A stretch of DNA of 64,000 nucleotides from NCBI RefSeq assembly GCF_001194135.2, contig NC_068992.1:18960354-19024353 (forward strand), given 5' to 3'. Every line of letters begins with the position of its first letter. Position 1 is the stretch's first letter. Origin of the DNA: Octopus bimaculoides (taxonomy: Eukaryota). Made by a program: the position numbers and the translations under genes. The notes under the pieces were generated by a model. It had not been told where the DNA came from. It saw only the letters and a list, made by a program, of their open reading frames with translations, and searched no databases. Below are positions 38,726-52,179 of this stretch, piece by piece.

Positions 38726-39246
38726 NNNNNNNNNNNNNNNNNNNNNNNNNNNNNNNNNNNNNNNNNNNNNNNNNNNNNNNNNNNNNNNNNNNNNNNNNNN
38801 NNNNNNNNNNNNNNNNNNNNNNNNNNNNNNNNNNNNNNNNNNNNNNNNNNNNNNNNNNNNNNNNNNNNNNNNNNNNNNNNNNNNNNNNNNNNNNNNNNNN
38901 NNNNNNNNNNNNNNNNNNNNNNNNNNNNNNNNNNNNNNNNNNNNNNNNNNNNNNNNNNNNNNNNNNNNNNNNNNNNNNNNNNNNNNNNNNNNNNNNNNNN
39001 NNNNNNNNNNNNNNNNNNNNNNNNNNNNNNNNNNNNNNNNNNNNNNNNNNNNNNNNNNNNNNNNNNNNNNNNNNNNNNNNNNNNNNNNNNNNACACATAT
39101 ACATACATAAATGCATGCATACTCACATATGCATGCATGCATACATACATACATACATACCCATATACATACATACATTCATACATGCATACATACATGC
39201 ATACATACATACATGCATACATACATGCATGCATGCATGCATATAT

Positions 39247-39293
<47 letters not shown>

Positions 39294-40098
39294 GGAACGC
39301 AGTGTGAATAACGGATAGCGAAAACTATTGGAAAGGTTTGAAGATGGAAGGAAAATTTTAGAAATATAAAGAAGAAAATAAGTGTATATTTTACCGGTGT
39401 GTGAAAATATAAGGCACTAAAAGAGAATGGCTCTCCCCCAGACACAACAGTACATACCAGCTTGAAGCAGATAAGCAATCACCGTGCATTGATTAAGATA
39501 AATAGTCTAATATTGAGGCATATAAGCCCACGACAGACAAAGATTTGGGTTTGCCGTACGCATGGAAGTTGAACCCATACCTCTATATTTTTGTGACAAG
39601 TGTGCTACCATTAAACTAACGTACAGTTGCTCTCATAACTTTCCAAATAATATATTGGATTTATAGAGGGTCAAATTTGGGAACAATTACAGGACAGTGG
39701 AGACATATTAGGAAACCGAACGAAAACAAACATGAAGGGTCGTTAGACCAGAACGAGGGCGAAATACTGAACGCTGGGAAAAATATTTTGTTTGAAAAGA
39801 GAAAAGATAGAAGAGAGAGATAGAAGACGTTGACTCCTAAGGACGTCGTGTATGAAAAGAAAGATCGTCAACTGATGAAAAGATAGACGACGGTCACGTG
39901 TGAGCAATGAGACAGAGAAAAAAGCGAAAGAGGGGGAGGAAAAGGAGAATTAGAGAAGGATGGAGGAGAAATCAGTATAGTGTTTTCCATTTCTCTCTCT
40001 CTTTGTTTGCGCATCTAACTCATTTGTTTACGTACTTCACGTTGTTTACGTTTGGTGACATCCTGAACCCATATATATATTTGCACATATATATTATT

Positions 40099-40142
<44 letters not shown>

Positions 40143-40654
40143 ATGTCAGTGTGTGTACGTATATGTGTATACATATGTATGTGTGTGTATGTATATATGG
40201 ATAGGTATACGGGTAAAGGGTATGTATGCATATGTATACGGGTAATATAGTATAGTAAAGAGAAATAAACAAAATAATTAATTATCTAGTGGAAATCCAC
40301 AGGAGAGCAATAAAAATAGAAAATTAAGGAGTTGTCTACCCTATAATAACAAAGACGAAACCTAACGATGTCCTAAGGACCTAATAACAGTTATGTATGT
40401 GTTTTTTCGTGTTTTGTTCGAAANNNNNNNNNNNNNNNNNNNNNNNNNNNNNNNNNNNNNNNNNNNNNNNNNNNNNNNNNNNNNNNNNNNNNNNNNNNNN
40501 NNNNNNNNNNNNNNNNNNNNNNNNNNNNNNNNNNNNNNNNNNNNNNNNNNNNNNNNNNNNNNNNNNNNNNNNNNNNNNNNNNNNNNNNNNNNNNNNNNNN
40601 NNNNNNNNNNNNNNNNNNNNNNNNNNNNNNNNNNNNNNNNNNNNNNNNNNNNNN

Positions 40655-40692
<38 letters not shown>

Positions 40693-42184
40693 TGCATACA
40701 TACATGAATACATACACATATATCTCTATAAGCAAACACGAGAGCCAATATATAGCTGTATAAATGTATTCGCAAACGCACATCTATAGACATGTATATA
40801 ACATATGTATTAGTGTCTATTGGCACTAATACTAATACATGCTATTGAAATGTCTTTATATCTATCTATATCTGTCTATGTATGCATGTGTGCTGGTATC
40901 AATTACTTGATTTAGACAGGCATTACTGTGAGCAGTAGACACTAAACCCCAAGGAACTGCAAATTTAATAACTATTACCACACTTCATCAGGATCCAATT
41001 TTTTTTCTATAGCCAAAGACACTATAGTTGAATTTATAGATTGGAATATATAGATTGGAATATAGATAGAAATAGCTCAATATATAAACTTATATTAATA
41101 GATTTTTTAGCGTTATTTCGTAAATTCGTATTAATGAAAATAAATCCAGATCTGAAGAAAAAATAGTAGGATGAATATTTTTTGAATATTTATATTGATC
41201 AAAATTATTTAAATTTTACGCGTTGGAATTATTGCAAGTAACCTAAGATAACTAGATACTACTAGTCAGAAGGATAACTGCATCCGTTAAGATATTTTTT
41301 TTTATTTGTCTTTGATAAACGTAGCATTTTGCTCAATATGTATTTCGACTGCAAATTAAATTTAGTCCAATGCGGTTACGATAATTTGCACTGTATGAGT
41401 CACCGCAAGGATATAGAGTTAGAACTGTCCTTTTTTTTTTCTTATTTTTTTTTTTTTTAGTTCTCATTCTAAATATATTCCTACAAATACTTTTCGTAAC
41501 ATTCCAAGAATGCTAAATAAAGTACGTAGCACTTCAAACATAGCATGAATGTGGAATAAGTAATCAATTTGTCTGACAAACTGTAACAGCTGGTCAGAAA
41601 TGCTGGGAGGCTGAAAGCAAACCATCTCAAGGATATCGTTCGCCAGTTGAAGGAGGGACAATGGAAAGGGAAATGAAATTTAAGTGATACTCGATAGCAT
41701 CTATTTCAAATTTCAAGCACACACACACTCACACATACATCCATATACATACACGTATNNNNNNNNNNNNNNNNNNNNNNNNNNNNNNNNNNNNNNNNNN
41801 NNNNNNNNNNNNNNNNNNNNNNNNNNNNNNNNNNNNNNNNNNNNNNNNNNNNNNNNNNNNNNNNNNNNNNNNNNNNNNNNNNNNNNNNNNNNNNNNNNNN
41901 NNNNNNNNNNNNNNNNNNNNNNNNNNNNNNNNNNNNNNNNNNNNNNNNNNNNNNNNNNNNNNNNNNNNNNNNNNNNNNNNNNNNNNNNNNNNNNNNNNNN
42001 NNNNNNNNNNNNNNNNNNNNNNNNNNNNNNNNNNNNNNNNNNNNNNNNNNNNNNNNNNNNNNNNNNNNNNNNNNNNNNNNNNNNNNNNNNNNNNNNNNNN
42101 NNNNNNNNNNNNNNNNNNNNNNNNNNNNNNNNNNNNNNNNNNTATATATATATATATATACATATAAAGGCACATATATGCATG

Positions 42185-42235
<51 letters not shown>

Positions 42236-42961
42236 TTACGTATACTTATAGATGTACACAACTCTTTTACACGCATATGCACACACATTGACTATTATAT
42301 ATATATATATACATATGCATTGTGTATATAGTTTCATATACATTTATACACATATGCATGTATAAGTAACTTTTACGATAATTTGTGGTGCAATTTTTAA
42401 AGCTTAAATATCCTGTAATAAACTGAAATTGCAGTTCCTAGTTTGAGGCATATCTATCTGCTACAGACCTCCTTACCTTTACTAAATGTACGTACCTGAT
42501 GTGTCCTATGATGACTACATGTTTCGTCGTCATCATGGAACATATCAGTACCTACGGTAGTCCTGCAACAGAGACTGCTTAATAAATTTTCCCCTATCTT
42601 TCTAAGTCATTTGCAAACTCTTGTCTGTTATTGTTAAATTTGTTATTGTTAAACTTATGATGTTTCCAAATGTTTTATATTGTGAAACCGAACGAATAAT
42701 TTATATTTCATTCAAATCAGTTCAGTTTAATAGTCAACATAACATCTAGATGAAAAGCGGGATAATTAGTGGTAAACATTCCACATTTTCTTTATGTTGT
42801 TTGTATGAATCCATGCTTCTGGTTTGTTTAATCCACACAAACGTAAAAAACCATGACAGCGCATATTGATCGATACACTGAGCATTCTCAAGGGTTAGAT
42901 ATTGCGTTTAAAGAAGTAAAATTTGTATTACCTGAGTCCATGCGTGTCTATACAGTCTCCC

Positions 42962-43016
<55 letters not shown>

Positions 43017-45319
43017 NNNNNNNNNNNNNNNNNNNNNNNNNNNNNNNNNNNNNNNNNNNNNNNNNNNNNNNNNNNNNNNNNNNNNNNNNNNNNNNNNNNN
43101 NNNNNNNNNNNNNNNNNNNNNNNNNNNNNNNNNNNNNNNNNNNNNNNNNNNNNNNNNNNNNNNNNNNNNNNNNNNNNNNNNNNNNNNNNNNNNNNNNNNN
43201 NNNNNNNNNNNNNNNNNNNNNNNNNNNNNNNNNNNNNNNNNNNNNNNNNNNNNNNNNNNNNNNNNNNNNNNNNNNNNNNNNNNNNNNNNNNNNNNNNNNN
43301 NNNNNNNNNNNNNNNNNNNNNNNNNNNNNNNNNNNNNNNNNNNNNNNNNNNNNNNNNNNNNNNNNNNNNNNNNNNNNNNNNNNNNNNNNNNNNNNNNNNN
43401 NNNNNNNNNNNNNNNNNNNNNNNNNNNNNNNNNNNNNNNNNNNNNNNNNNNNNNNNNNNNNNNNNNNNNNNNNNNNNNNNNNNNNNNNNNNNNNNNNNNN
43501 NNNNNNNNNNNNNNNNNNNNNNNNNNNNNNNNNNNNNNNNNNNNNNNNNNNNNNNNNNNNNNNNNNNNNNNNNNNNNNNNNNNNNNNNNNNNNNNNNNNN
43601 NNNNNNNNNNNNNNNNNNNNNNNNNNNNNNNNNNNNNNNNNNNNNNNNNNNNNNNNNNNNNNNATATATATATATATATAAATATATATATACATGTATA
43701 TGGAAATATAAATATACATGCATACATATGCTCACACACGCACAATCACATATGTGCAGGCAAATTGTCAGGCTTGTTAGAATGCTGGAAATATCAATGA
43801 GCGATAATCGTTCCGGCTTATAGCGATCTAGATTCAAATACTACCGAAGTGAGCTTTGCTTTTATTATTTTCGAGATAAATAATTCAATTATTTGTCTAT
43901 CGTTGTGAACTGTTACTTTTTTCCATTAGTTCGCTCTTATAACTTGACTGTCTCTGATACTTTCCGGAACAAATCGCTATTGTCAGTTTTGGAAAGATAT
44001 GTGCTCCCAAATAAATCCCTGAACTCTGAAAATTCCTGAAACTCCACCAACGTTTTATGCACACGACAATATCAAGACACTGTTCGTTGTTCATTCTGTC
44101 TCATCTCTGATTCTTATGTAGATAGAGCGATTAATTTGAAGACAAGCATGACAATTTTTACCGTTCCTTGAATTGCACAACGTAAACATTACATCATGAC
44201 ATCCATATATTGAATAGTATAGCAAAAAACACAAAAAAGAAACATCAGTACTAGTATACAAACTGTATACGAAATAGATTAACAGCTAACTGCAGTAAGT
44301 TTAAATCTTTGCAAACATATAACAACAAAACAATATAAAAACCCGCTTTTGACCAACAACTACACTGAATGTAGTTAGCTGGCTTCACAAACACGCACAT
44401 ACACACACACAAAGACACACAGACGCATACATAAATACACACAAACACACTCACACACAAGCATACAAAGATGCACAAACTCTCTCACACAGACACACAT
44501 ACACAAACAGACATACACAGACACACTCACAAACACACTCAAACACACAAACATACACACACACGCACACACTTACTCAAACACATACACATAGCATACA
44601 CAAATAAACGGGGACGCACACGAACTTGAGAAAATTCGAAACTAAGATGTACATAATCTCTTTGCATGTAACCTATAAACGATATAATATCAACTAAATC
44701 AATTAATCGCAGACTGAAATGAAAAAAATATGTCAGTCTTTGTCTGGATATATTCTTAATGCTATTTCTCTTATTTTCATTAACTGTCTGCATATAAAGC
44801 ATTAACTGGTGATAAAAATAGGATTTGGTCAAAGAATATATCTGAGATAAGAATGAATTATGTACCAGGGACTTCAGAATAAAGTTTTATTAGATATATT
44901 ATATATAAGGCTAAATTTGAGACAGAAGCCATATAGATTCTGCTGGGTGTAACTTGACCAACTATCTTGTACAAGTTTCAGCAGTAGAACGGCTGCCATT
45001 TTGGGGCAACGCCTTGAGGTGTTTACACGAACAAATCGATCACACTATTTATTTTCTTTCGAAAGCCTGGTGTGTATTCTATCATTTTTATTTTGTCGAA
45101 CCACTAAGTTACAGTGATCTAAACAAACAACACCTGTTATTATTATTACTTCCACTGCCTCTATCAACACTACGACTTTAAATAAAATTCTTCCTTAAAT
45201 TTCTTTTTGTCTCTTTCTCTCCCTCACTGTTTTTTCTTTCTTTCTGTCTCTCTTTGTCTGTTTTCAATGCCACCCTTACCATCTCCATGTCTTCTATTAC
45301 TCTCACCCCAACACGAGGA

Positions 45320-45742
45320 AAAGTTGAAGTGTCATTGAATATCGTGAGAGGAGATAACCTCCTCCGCCTCCTCTGCGTCACCTATTTCCTGCAAAACCTC
45401 CATGCGCTGCTGCATTTGTAGCTTCTTTAGCTTCTCTGTTGTCAGCTCCTCGGAGTGCACCTCAATAAGCTCGTTGATGTCACCATTATCCATGTTCAGG
45501 CCCATGGACTTGCTGAGGGACACAATCTTCTCCACCACTGCCGCTTCGAGTTCGAATTTTTCAAAGTCCGTTTCAGATACAATCCCAGGCTACAGCTTCT
45601 TCCATGCAGAGTTCAAGGCCCTCCTTGTAACACCTAACCAGGCCATATCGATAATTCGGAGGCGTATCACGATGTTATAGTGATCCTTTCAGAACTCTAG
45701 AACGGTGAGGTTTATACTTTCCGTCACCTCAAAGCACAATCT
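45320..45742 (-). mobile_element. Tigger/pogo-like transposase C-terminal fragment
   Basis: CFEVTESINLTVLEF*KDHYNIVIRLRIIDMAWLGVTRRALNSAWKKL*PG followed by VVEKIVSLSKSMGLNMDNGDINELIEVHSEELTTEKLKKLQ (ORF 45332..45538). This is typical of the post-DDE region of Tigger/TIGD1-like proteins. Confidence 0.88.
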
Positions 45743-47509
45743 AACAACTTAAAAATAAAATAAAATTTCACGATAAAATTCAAGATATATAGTCTAAATG
45801 AAACATTCGGGAAGCTGCAATGTATTTGATAACAGATTTGCTTCATCGAAGTTTAAACTATGAAGTAAGGGCAAGCAATACCAACAACTACAGCTGTAAG
45901 CACACTTAAACATTCCCTACTATGCTGAAAGCCCTAGGTAAAGTTAAATATATCAGCTACAAACATATGTCTGCATTAATAATGATCCAAGAACCGAGGC
46001 TGCTTAGCTAATATTTCACCATCCTTGACAATAACTCATCTATAATATCCCAACTAAGTTACATAAAACAGCAATAAATCTAGACCGACAAGATCCAATT
46101 TTATTATTTATATGGCCATAAATAAGTTTCAGACACAGCAGCAATAATCTTCATTTAATAGTCTTCTAATTTGCATTGTTTAGCAATGGTGGATAATTGC
46201 CCGTTTTCTCTCAGATACATTTCTGTCTTTCTTCCACAAATGAGCAACTGTCTTCTCTCTCTTATAACATACACTCTTTTAATTTTCCCCCAACATTGTT
46301 TCCTATACCCTTTCATACAAAAGTGCTCTAACACATTTCAAAGCCAATGACTTGTGTATCTAACCACATACATACTAGTGCATGTCAAAAGCAGTAGTGG
46401 TTAAGCTATCAGATCGTCCATTATGAGGTTGTAATCAATTGTTATATCTTATGTATTTGATTTTGTGTCCTTCAAGGTATAATAAAAGCGAAAATTAGAC
46501 TAAAAAGATAACATAACCGTCGTTTACCTCCATGTAATTCTTGATCAAAACTGATCCATTTGTGATCTTCATGTCATTGTGAGTATCAATTATCACTTTG
46601 TGCAAAGTTTTCTGTATTTGAGACGGTGTGGCGTGATTTGCAGTGAAAGGAATATATCTGCTAAATGCGCGGAAACAAAAATCAGTTTAACTAAGGAAAT
46701 CAAATGAATTTTAACGTAATCTATGAATTAAGTGATTGAAGGAGTCAGAGTCTTAGTTTAAAAATGCATTCAAGGGATTTGAACAACCCCATTACTTATA
46801 GTACAGACTATGTCACAAAGATGCTTCAAGTTTAATGCAATGATTAATTTAATGCTGATATATGTGGGTTCGGTATCAGCTGCCAGGATACTATTAGCAT
46901 AGAACAGTCTGAAAAGTTCATGAGTACTGCATCTACTTTAATGAGAGGAAGATATATAAAATATGCAAACATTAAAATTTCGGTAAAATGTGACAGTTTA
47001 TAAAAAAGTATACATGTTACCTTTGTATGTGTAGGTTTTGTTTGATGTACTGATGTCTGGTGAAAGAGTCTGGATAGCCATTCTACTTAAGGACTTCCAG
47101 AGTTATATTGTCTTGGTTCTTTTATTTTCTGCTTGGCTGCATTTACTGCGTGTCATGTGAATTTTAGCTCTGGCTGCTAGGGATGAAGTATATTGCAAAA
47201 TATGTCCCTGCATGTCACTTTTTTTTAAACATTAGTGGAGGTGGACGCTTTTTCTGTGATTTTGAGTTCAAAATGTCACAGAGATAAGAAACCGGTGTTA
47301 TCGGGTAGCTCCATTTTAAATTTTGTATACATAGACAACCCACGATTTACGGAAGTATTCCATTCGGGGAAAAAACCCTTTAAATATGCAGGTTTGAAAT
47401 CGCATTATGGAACGTTACATTACGAAGCTTCACTGTTAAGACATACATCACTTCTATAACGCACACACGCACACATACACAAACACAATCATACATGCAT
47501 ACATACACA

Positions 47510-47625
47510 CATACGACAAGCTTCTGTACAGTTTTCGTCTACAAAATGACGTCACATCTGTCAGCTTTGCAAGCATCTCAATAAGGTTGAATCCAGAACC
47601 ACGTAGTTGCGAAACGAAAATCTGT
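47510..47625 (-). mobile_element. Degenerate SINE family A fragment
   Basis: TACGACAAGCTTCTGTACAGTTTTCGTCTACAAAAT..GAATCCAGAACCACGTAGTTG. Confidence 0.5.
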
Positions 47626-48169
47626 GGCTCAAGTCACATTCGATGCCGCTTCCTCCTAAAGTGAATTTGTCCAAATTATTTGAAATATCATCAATATTTC
47701 TATTTTTACTCTATTGAAACATCATATACATCAAGACTAAGAATACTCGTATTGCAGTGATTATCTCTAATTAATAATGTATCTAATTAATTAACTAATA
47801 TATTTATCTGTTGATGTTTGTAATTTAAATATCACTATAGATTAAAGATGTGTCATAAATATATCGATTATATTTCACCTGTTAGGAAAATTATACTTAA
47901 TTTACTGTCAAACTTCATTTCTAAAAGACAACTCGCCCTGTATAATTGATGAGTTGCAAATCATATATAAACATTACAAATTAAATTTCAGACAGAGTGT
48001 CAAGCTTTATGTATGATTATGTTTGGTTGTTTATGTGTATTCCAGTGAACATATATTTGCATGTTCGTGTGTACGTGTGTCTGTGTGAGGGTGTTGTTTA
48101 TGTTGGTTGTGCTCAAGCGGTCCCTTTAGGGTTCACGCAGTGGATATTCTAACTTTTAAAGCATCAACA

Positions 48170-48340
48170 TTTTAATATTGGTTTTAAATTTTGGCACAAG
48201 GCCAGTAATTTCGGAGAAGAGGGGCGTCGATTACATTCAACTCCATTGCACATTTGGTACTTATTGTATGGTCCACCAATGATTGAAAGGCAAAGTCGAG
48301 CCTGAAATGCCGCTACGTACGAAATGCCGCTGAGTGTTTT
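48170..48340 (-). mobile_element. Degenerate SINE family B
   Basis: ATTGGTTTTAAATTTTGGCACAAGGCCAG..GAAAGGCAAAGTCGAG..GAAATGCCGCT. Confidence 0.75.
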
Positions 48341-48703
48341 ACACTGAGTGTAACTGAATCTGCCTCCAGTAATCTGAGATATTTTTAAAGCATGTACGGT
48401 GTGATGTAAGCGAAGCAAACCTGCTAATTATTGTATGTCAAACAACCATAAGACGTTTCTGAAGAATGTAATAATTGCAAGTGTATGTATGCCTGTGTGT
48501 ATATTCATACATACGTATGTATGCGTGGGCTATTATATGTATGTGTGTATGTGTATGTATGTGTCTGTATGTGTATATGTGCATGGGAGACAGGGAAAAG
48601 GCAAGAGACAGAGTGGTTTAAAACGCAAAACTGTAATATTACAAGTGTATGTCTGGTTGTGTTTCCCTACATATATACATAGGTATGCATGAAGGTATAT
48701 ATA

Positions 48704-49127
48704 TCTTTTTAGTCTTTTATTATTTTACTTGTTTCAGTCATGTGATTGCGGCCATGCTGGAGCACCGCCTTAAAGAGTATTTTCGTCGAAGAAGTCGATC
48801 CCAGGACTTATTCTTTGTAAGCCTATTACATATTGTATCGGTCTCTTTTGCCGAACTGTCACGTTTCATGAACGTTAATACAGCAACATTGGTTGTGAAA
48901 CGGTGGTGAGGGTGCAAACACAGACACACATAGACATAGACCAGCATACAGAGAAGACAGACGCACAGATATATGGCGGGCTTCTTTCAGTTTCCGTTTA
49001 CCAAATCCACTCACAAGACTCTGGTCGGCCCATAGCTATACTGAAGACACTTGACCAAGGGGTGATGCAGTGGGTTGACTCTAGAACTATGTGGTTGGGA
49101 AGCAAGCTTTCTTACTCCACAGCCACT
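48704..49127 (-). mobile_element. tRNA-derived SINE, family A (full length)
   Basis: Reverse complement of the 15053 copy along its whole length (TTTCAGTTTCCGTTTACCAAATCCACTCACAAG; GCGGCCATGCTGGAGCACCGCC). Confidence 0.9.
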
Positions 49128-49128
49128 A

Positions 49129-49159
<31 letters not shown>

Positions 49160-49160
49160 A

Positions 49161-49212
<52 letters not shown>

Positions 49213-49235
49213 GATCGATCTATTTATCTATCTAT
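49127..49235. repeat. (TATC)n microsatellite
   Basis: Directly visible, abutting the head of the SINE A copy. Confidence 0.97.
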
Positions 49236-49549
49236 ACACACACACAAACGGGTGTATTTGTGTATATATGTGTATGTACGTATGCACTAGCTTTAGTTTA
49301 TAGGTGTGTCTTTCTGTGTGTATGTGTCTTTGTGTACTAGTGGTTGTACGTGTGTGCGCGTGCGCGCGCGTTTATGAACGCAACATGATTAAATTTTTAA
49401 AAAGTTCGCTTTGTAATCCACGTGGTCTATTGTATTGAATAGCGTCTTTGGCAAAGGTATCTTACCAATGCCTCAATCACTCCAAACCTTTTGAATTAAC
49501 TTGATTTGAAGCCAATATTCGTGAAACCTGTTGGATGTAGTGTAATACC

Positions 49550-49621
49550 CAGATAATCGCGAGTTTTACGTTCCAATACACCCCGCGATATATGAAAATC
49601 CGCGAAGTAGAAACGACACTG
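49550..49621 (-). mobile_element. Probable Tigger/pogo-type terminal fragment
   Basis: Minus strand CAGTGTCGTTTCTACTTCGCGGATTTTCATATATCGCGG resembles the CAGT-type ends of pogo-family elements, with repeated TCGCGG motifs. Confidence 0.35.
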
Positions 49622-49939
49622 CACTGTGTATATTTTATTATTATTATTTTCATAATTTGTATACATTTATTTTATTATAAATGCAAAATAACATCACGGA
49701 GAAATTGACGTAAGCTTAAATAAAATTTAAAAAACTGCAACATGGCGGGGGATTACTGTATCGCTGTAATTCAAAGGCTTAGCCTTGTCACTCAGTGACG
49801 CTGATGTTATCCAAAAATTAAGTAAATGTTACGCATGCCTCAGTAATTTACACGCTAAACTCGTGAGCAAGTTATTCAGCTGAATGTTTGTAGCTGAAAC
49901 CGATAAGGATCCATAATTGGTTTATCGCTTTTCATATAA

Positions 49940-50075
49940 TGATTCAGTCATTAGACTGCAGCCATGATGGGTGACCGCCTTGAATAATTGTAGTCCAGCG
50001 TGTCGATACCAGTACATTTTCGACTTCTTAATCGTATTCTATCGAACTAGTTTAGCCAAAGCGCTAAGTTACGGA
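49940..50075 (-). mobile_element. SINE family A 3' fragment
   Basis: GACTGCAGCCATGATGGGTGACCGCCTTG..GCGCTAAGTTACGG, abutting a family B copy. Confidence 0.7.
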
Positions 50076-50433
50076 GCTGGTACTTAATTTATCGACTCCG
50101 AAAAGATGAAAGGCGAAGTCGATCTCGGCGGAATTTGAACTCAGGACGTAAAGACAGACGAAATACTGCTAAGCATTTCGCCCGGTGTGCTAACGTTTTT
50201 TTTGTTTCTTTACTACCCACAAAGGGCTACATACAGGATGGAAAAAACAAGGATAGACAAACGGATTAAGTCGATTGTATCGATCCCCAGTGCGTAGCTG
50301 GTACTTATTTAATCGATCCCGAAAGGATGAAAAGCAAAGTCAACCTCGGCGGAATTTGAACTCAGAACGTAGCGGCAGACGAAATACCGCTTAGCATTTC
50401 GTCCGGCGCGCTAACGATTCTGCCAGTTCACCG
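50076..50433 (-). mobile_element. Two head-to-tail SINE family B copies (50076-50197 and 50203-50433)
   Basis: Both carry TGGTACTT..TCGA..CCGAAA.GATGAAA.GC.AAGTC..CTCGGCGGAATTTGAACTCAG. The second has a different 3' tail (TTTCTTTACTACCCACAAAGGG..GACAAACGGATTAAGTCG on the + strand). Confidence 0.9.
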
Positions 50434-50469
50434 ATTTGCCGCAAGGATAATATTGATCAACCATTTACC

Positions 50470-50791
50470 TTTTGCTTCTTTCCGTCATAGGACTGTGACC
50501 ATAATGGGACACTACTTTAAAGTGTTTAGAAGAACAAATCATCTCAAGTCTGGTTTTAAAGTCTGGTACTTATACTTTTTCCGAACTGCTAAATAATAAG
50601 AACGTAAACAAACCAATTGGTGAGGGCTAAATACGACAAACACAAAGACAGACCCATAGATATATGTAAGAACGGTGCTATACTAGAAAACACTTGCCCG
50701 AGATGCCACTCAATGACACCTTGGCAATGGACTCGGAACTGAACCCGAAACCATATAGCTGCAAGGTGAACTTCTCTAACAACACAGTCAG
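50470..50791 (-). mobile_element. Degenerate SINE family A
   Basis: GACTGTGACCATAATGGG..CCGAACTGCTAAAT..AACACTTGCCCGAGATGCCAC..GGAACTGAACCCGAAACCAT. Confidence 0.7.
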
Positions 50792-50856
50792 TCAGGTCGG
50801 ATATTAACATATTTGGCTGCTGCTTCTAGCAGTGGAGATGTTTCAGTATTTTACTA

Positions 50857-51076
50857 TAATTTGGTTTCAATTTTTTGCTACAAGGGAAGCCATTTCGAGA
50901 GAGGGGACGTGTCGATTACATCGACGCCAGTGTTCAACTGGTAATTAAATTTATCGATCTCGAAAAGATGGAAAGCAAAATCGACCGCGGCGGAATTTGA
51001 ACTCAGAACATAACGACGGGCGAAATGCCGCTAAGCATTTAATCCGGCATGTTACTGAGTCTGTCAGCTCGCCGCA
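50857..51076 (-). mobile_element. tRNA-derived SINE, family B (full length)
   Basis: TTGGTTTCAA..GTCGATTACATCGACGCCAGTG..GGCGGAATTTGAACTCAGAAC..GTCAGCTCGCCGC. Confidence 0.88.
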
Positions 51077-52089
51077 TTATATTTTTACTATAATTTTATG
51101 TGTGTTTTGTCACGTTGATCAAACAACTAGGATAGTTATCGTCGAAAACGACGCAACATCAATCATACTAGCCATTTACATTTTTGTTTGTCCACGGGGC
51201 TATATGTTTATGGTATGCTTATTTGTTGTTTTTTTTTGTCTTAGGAGAATTTAGGGTCAATTTAAATGAAAGAGATACCTCCCTACTGCCAAATTCCGCT
51301 GGGACCTACTTTGACATTTATCCTGCATGAAGTGATATAGTGAAAATATGAGCCAAATACTTCAAGTCGATTAAATCGTGTTTCTCTCAAATATTTGGGG
51401 ATTTCTGCCTATGCCACAAGCACTTTTCTTCTTGTCTTTTTCTTTGCTTTTTAACTAGAAGGTCTCCAAACAAAACTTCACAAGAAAAAAAAAAAATCTC
51501 TTAAAGAGAAGGACAAAAACGATAATTACCCGTTGAAATTTAAGACAAGGGATACTCTTGTGAATTTGTTATCTGATATAGAATAACAACAACACTCAGT
51601 AGGAAGAAAATGGGAAGGGACTTCACTATATATAGTGACACCTGTTGTGATGGCCCCTTTCAGCAGTTTGCGATCCCTGCTGCTTTAATTTTTGGTTTAC
51701 AGTTCAAAGAGACAGTAGAGGTGTCATGCTACTGAAACTTTGATTACAAAAACACCAAAGACAAATAAAAAAAAGAGTAAAAAAGAGAGAAAAAAAAAAG
51801 AAAATATGTGTAAACAGCCCCCAAAAGTGATGTTCTTTCGTCAAAGAAGTGTAGAGTGATCGATGGGGTGGGGGAGTAACATGAATCTCAATTCTTTCGG
51901 ATTTTGTATTGTCTTTGTTAAACAGCGAACCTGCTGTGACAAGAGATAAAGATGAGCAGTTAATAGATTATCAGGTTGTTTTTCTGTTGGTTTGTGTTTC
52001 CCGAAAACTGATAGTGGTAAGAATATTACTCCTTGTGGTTTCAAAATTTGAAACACGCTCCCATTCTGTTTAATTGTGTAGAAACGACA

Positions 52090-52090
<1 letters not shown>

Positions 52091-52178
<88 letters not shown>
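52091..52178. repeat. (CA)n-(CT)n-(CA)n compound microsatellite
   Basis: Directly visible. Confidence 0.97.
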
Positions 52179-52179
<1 letters not shown>

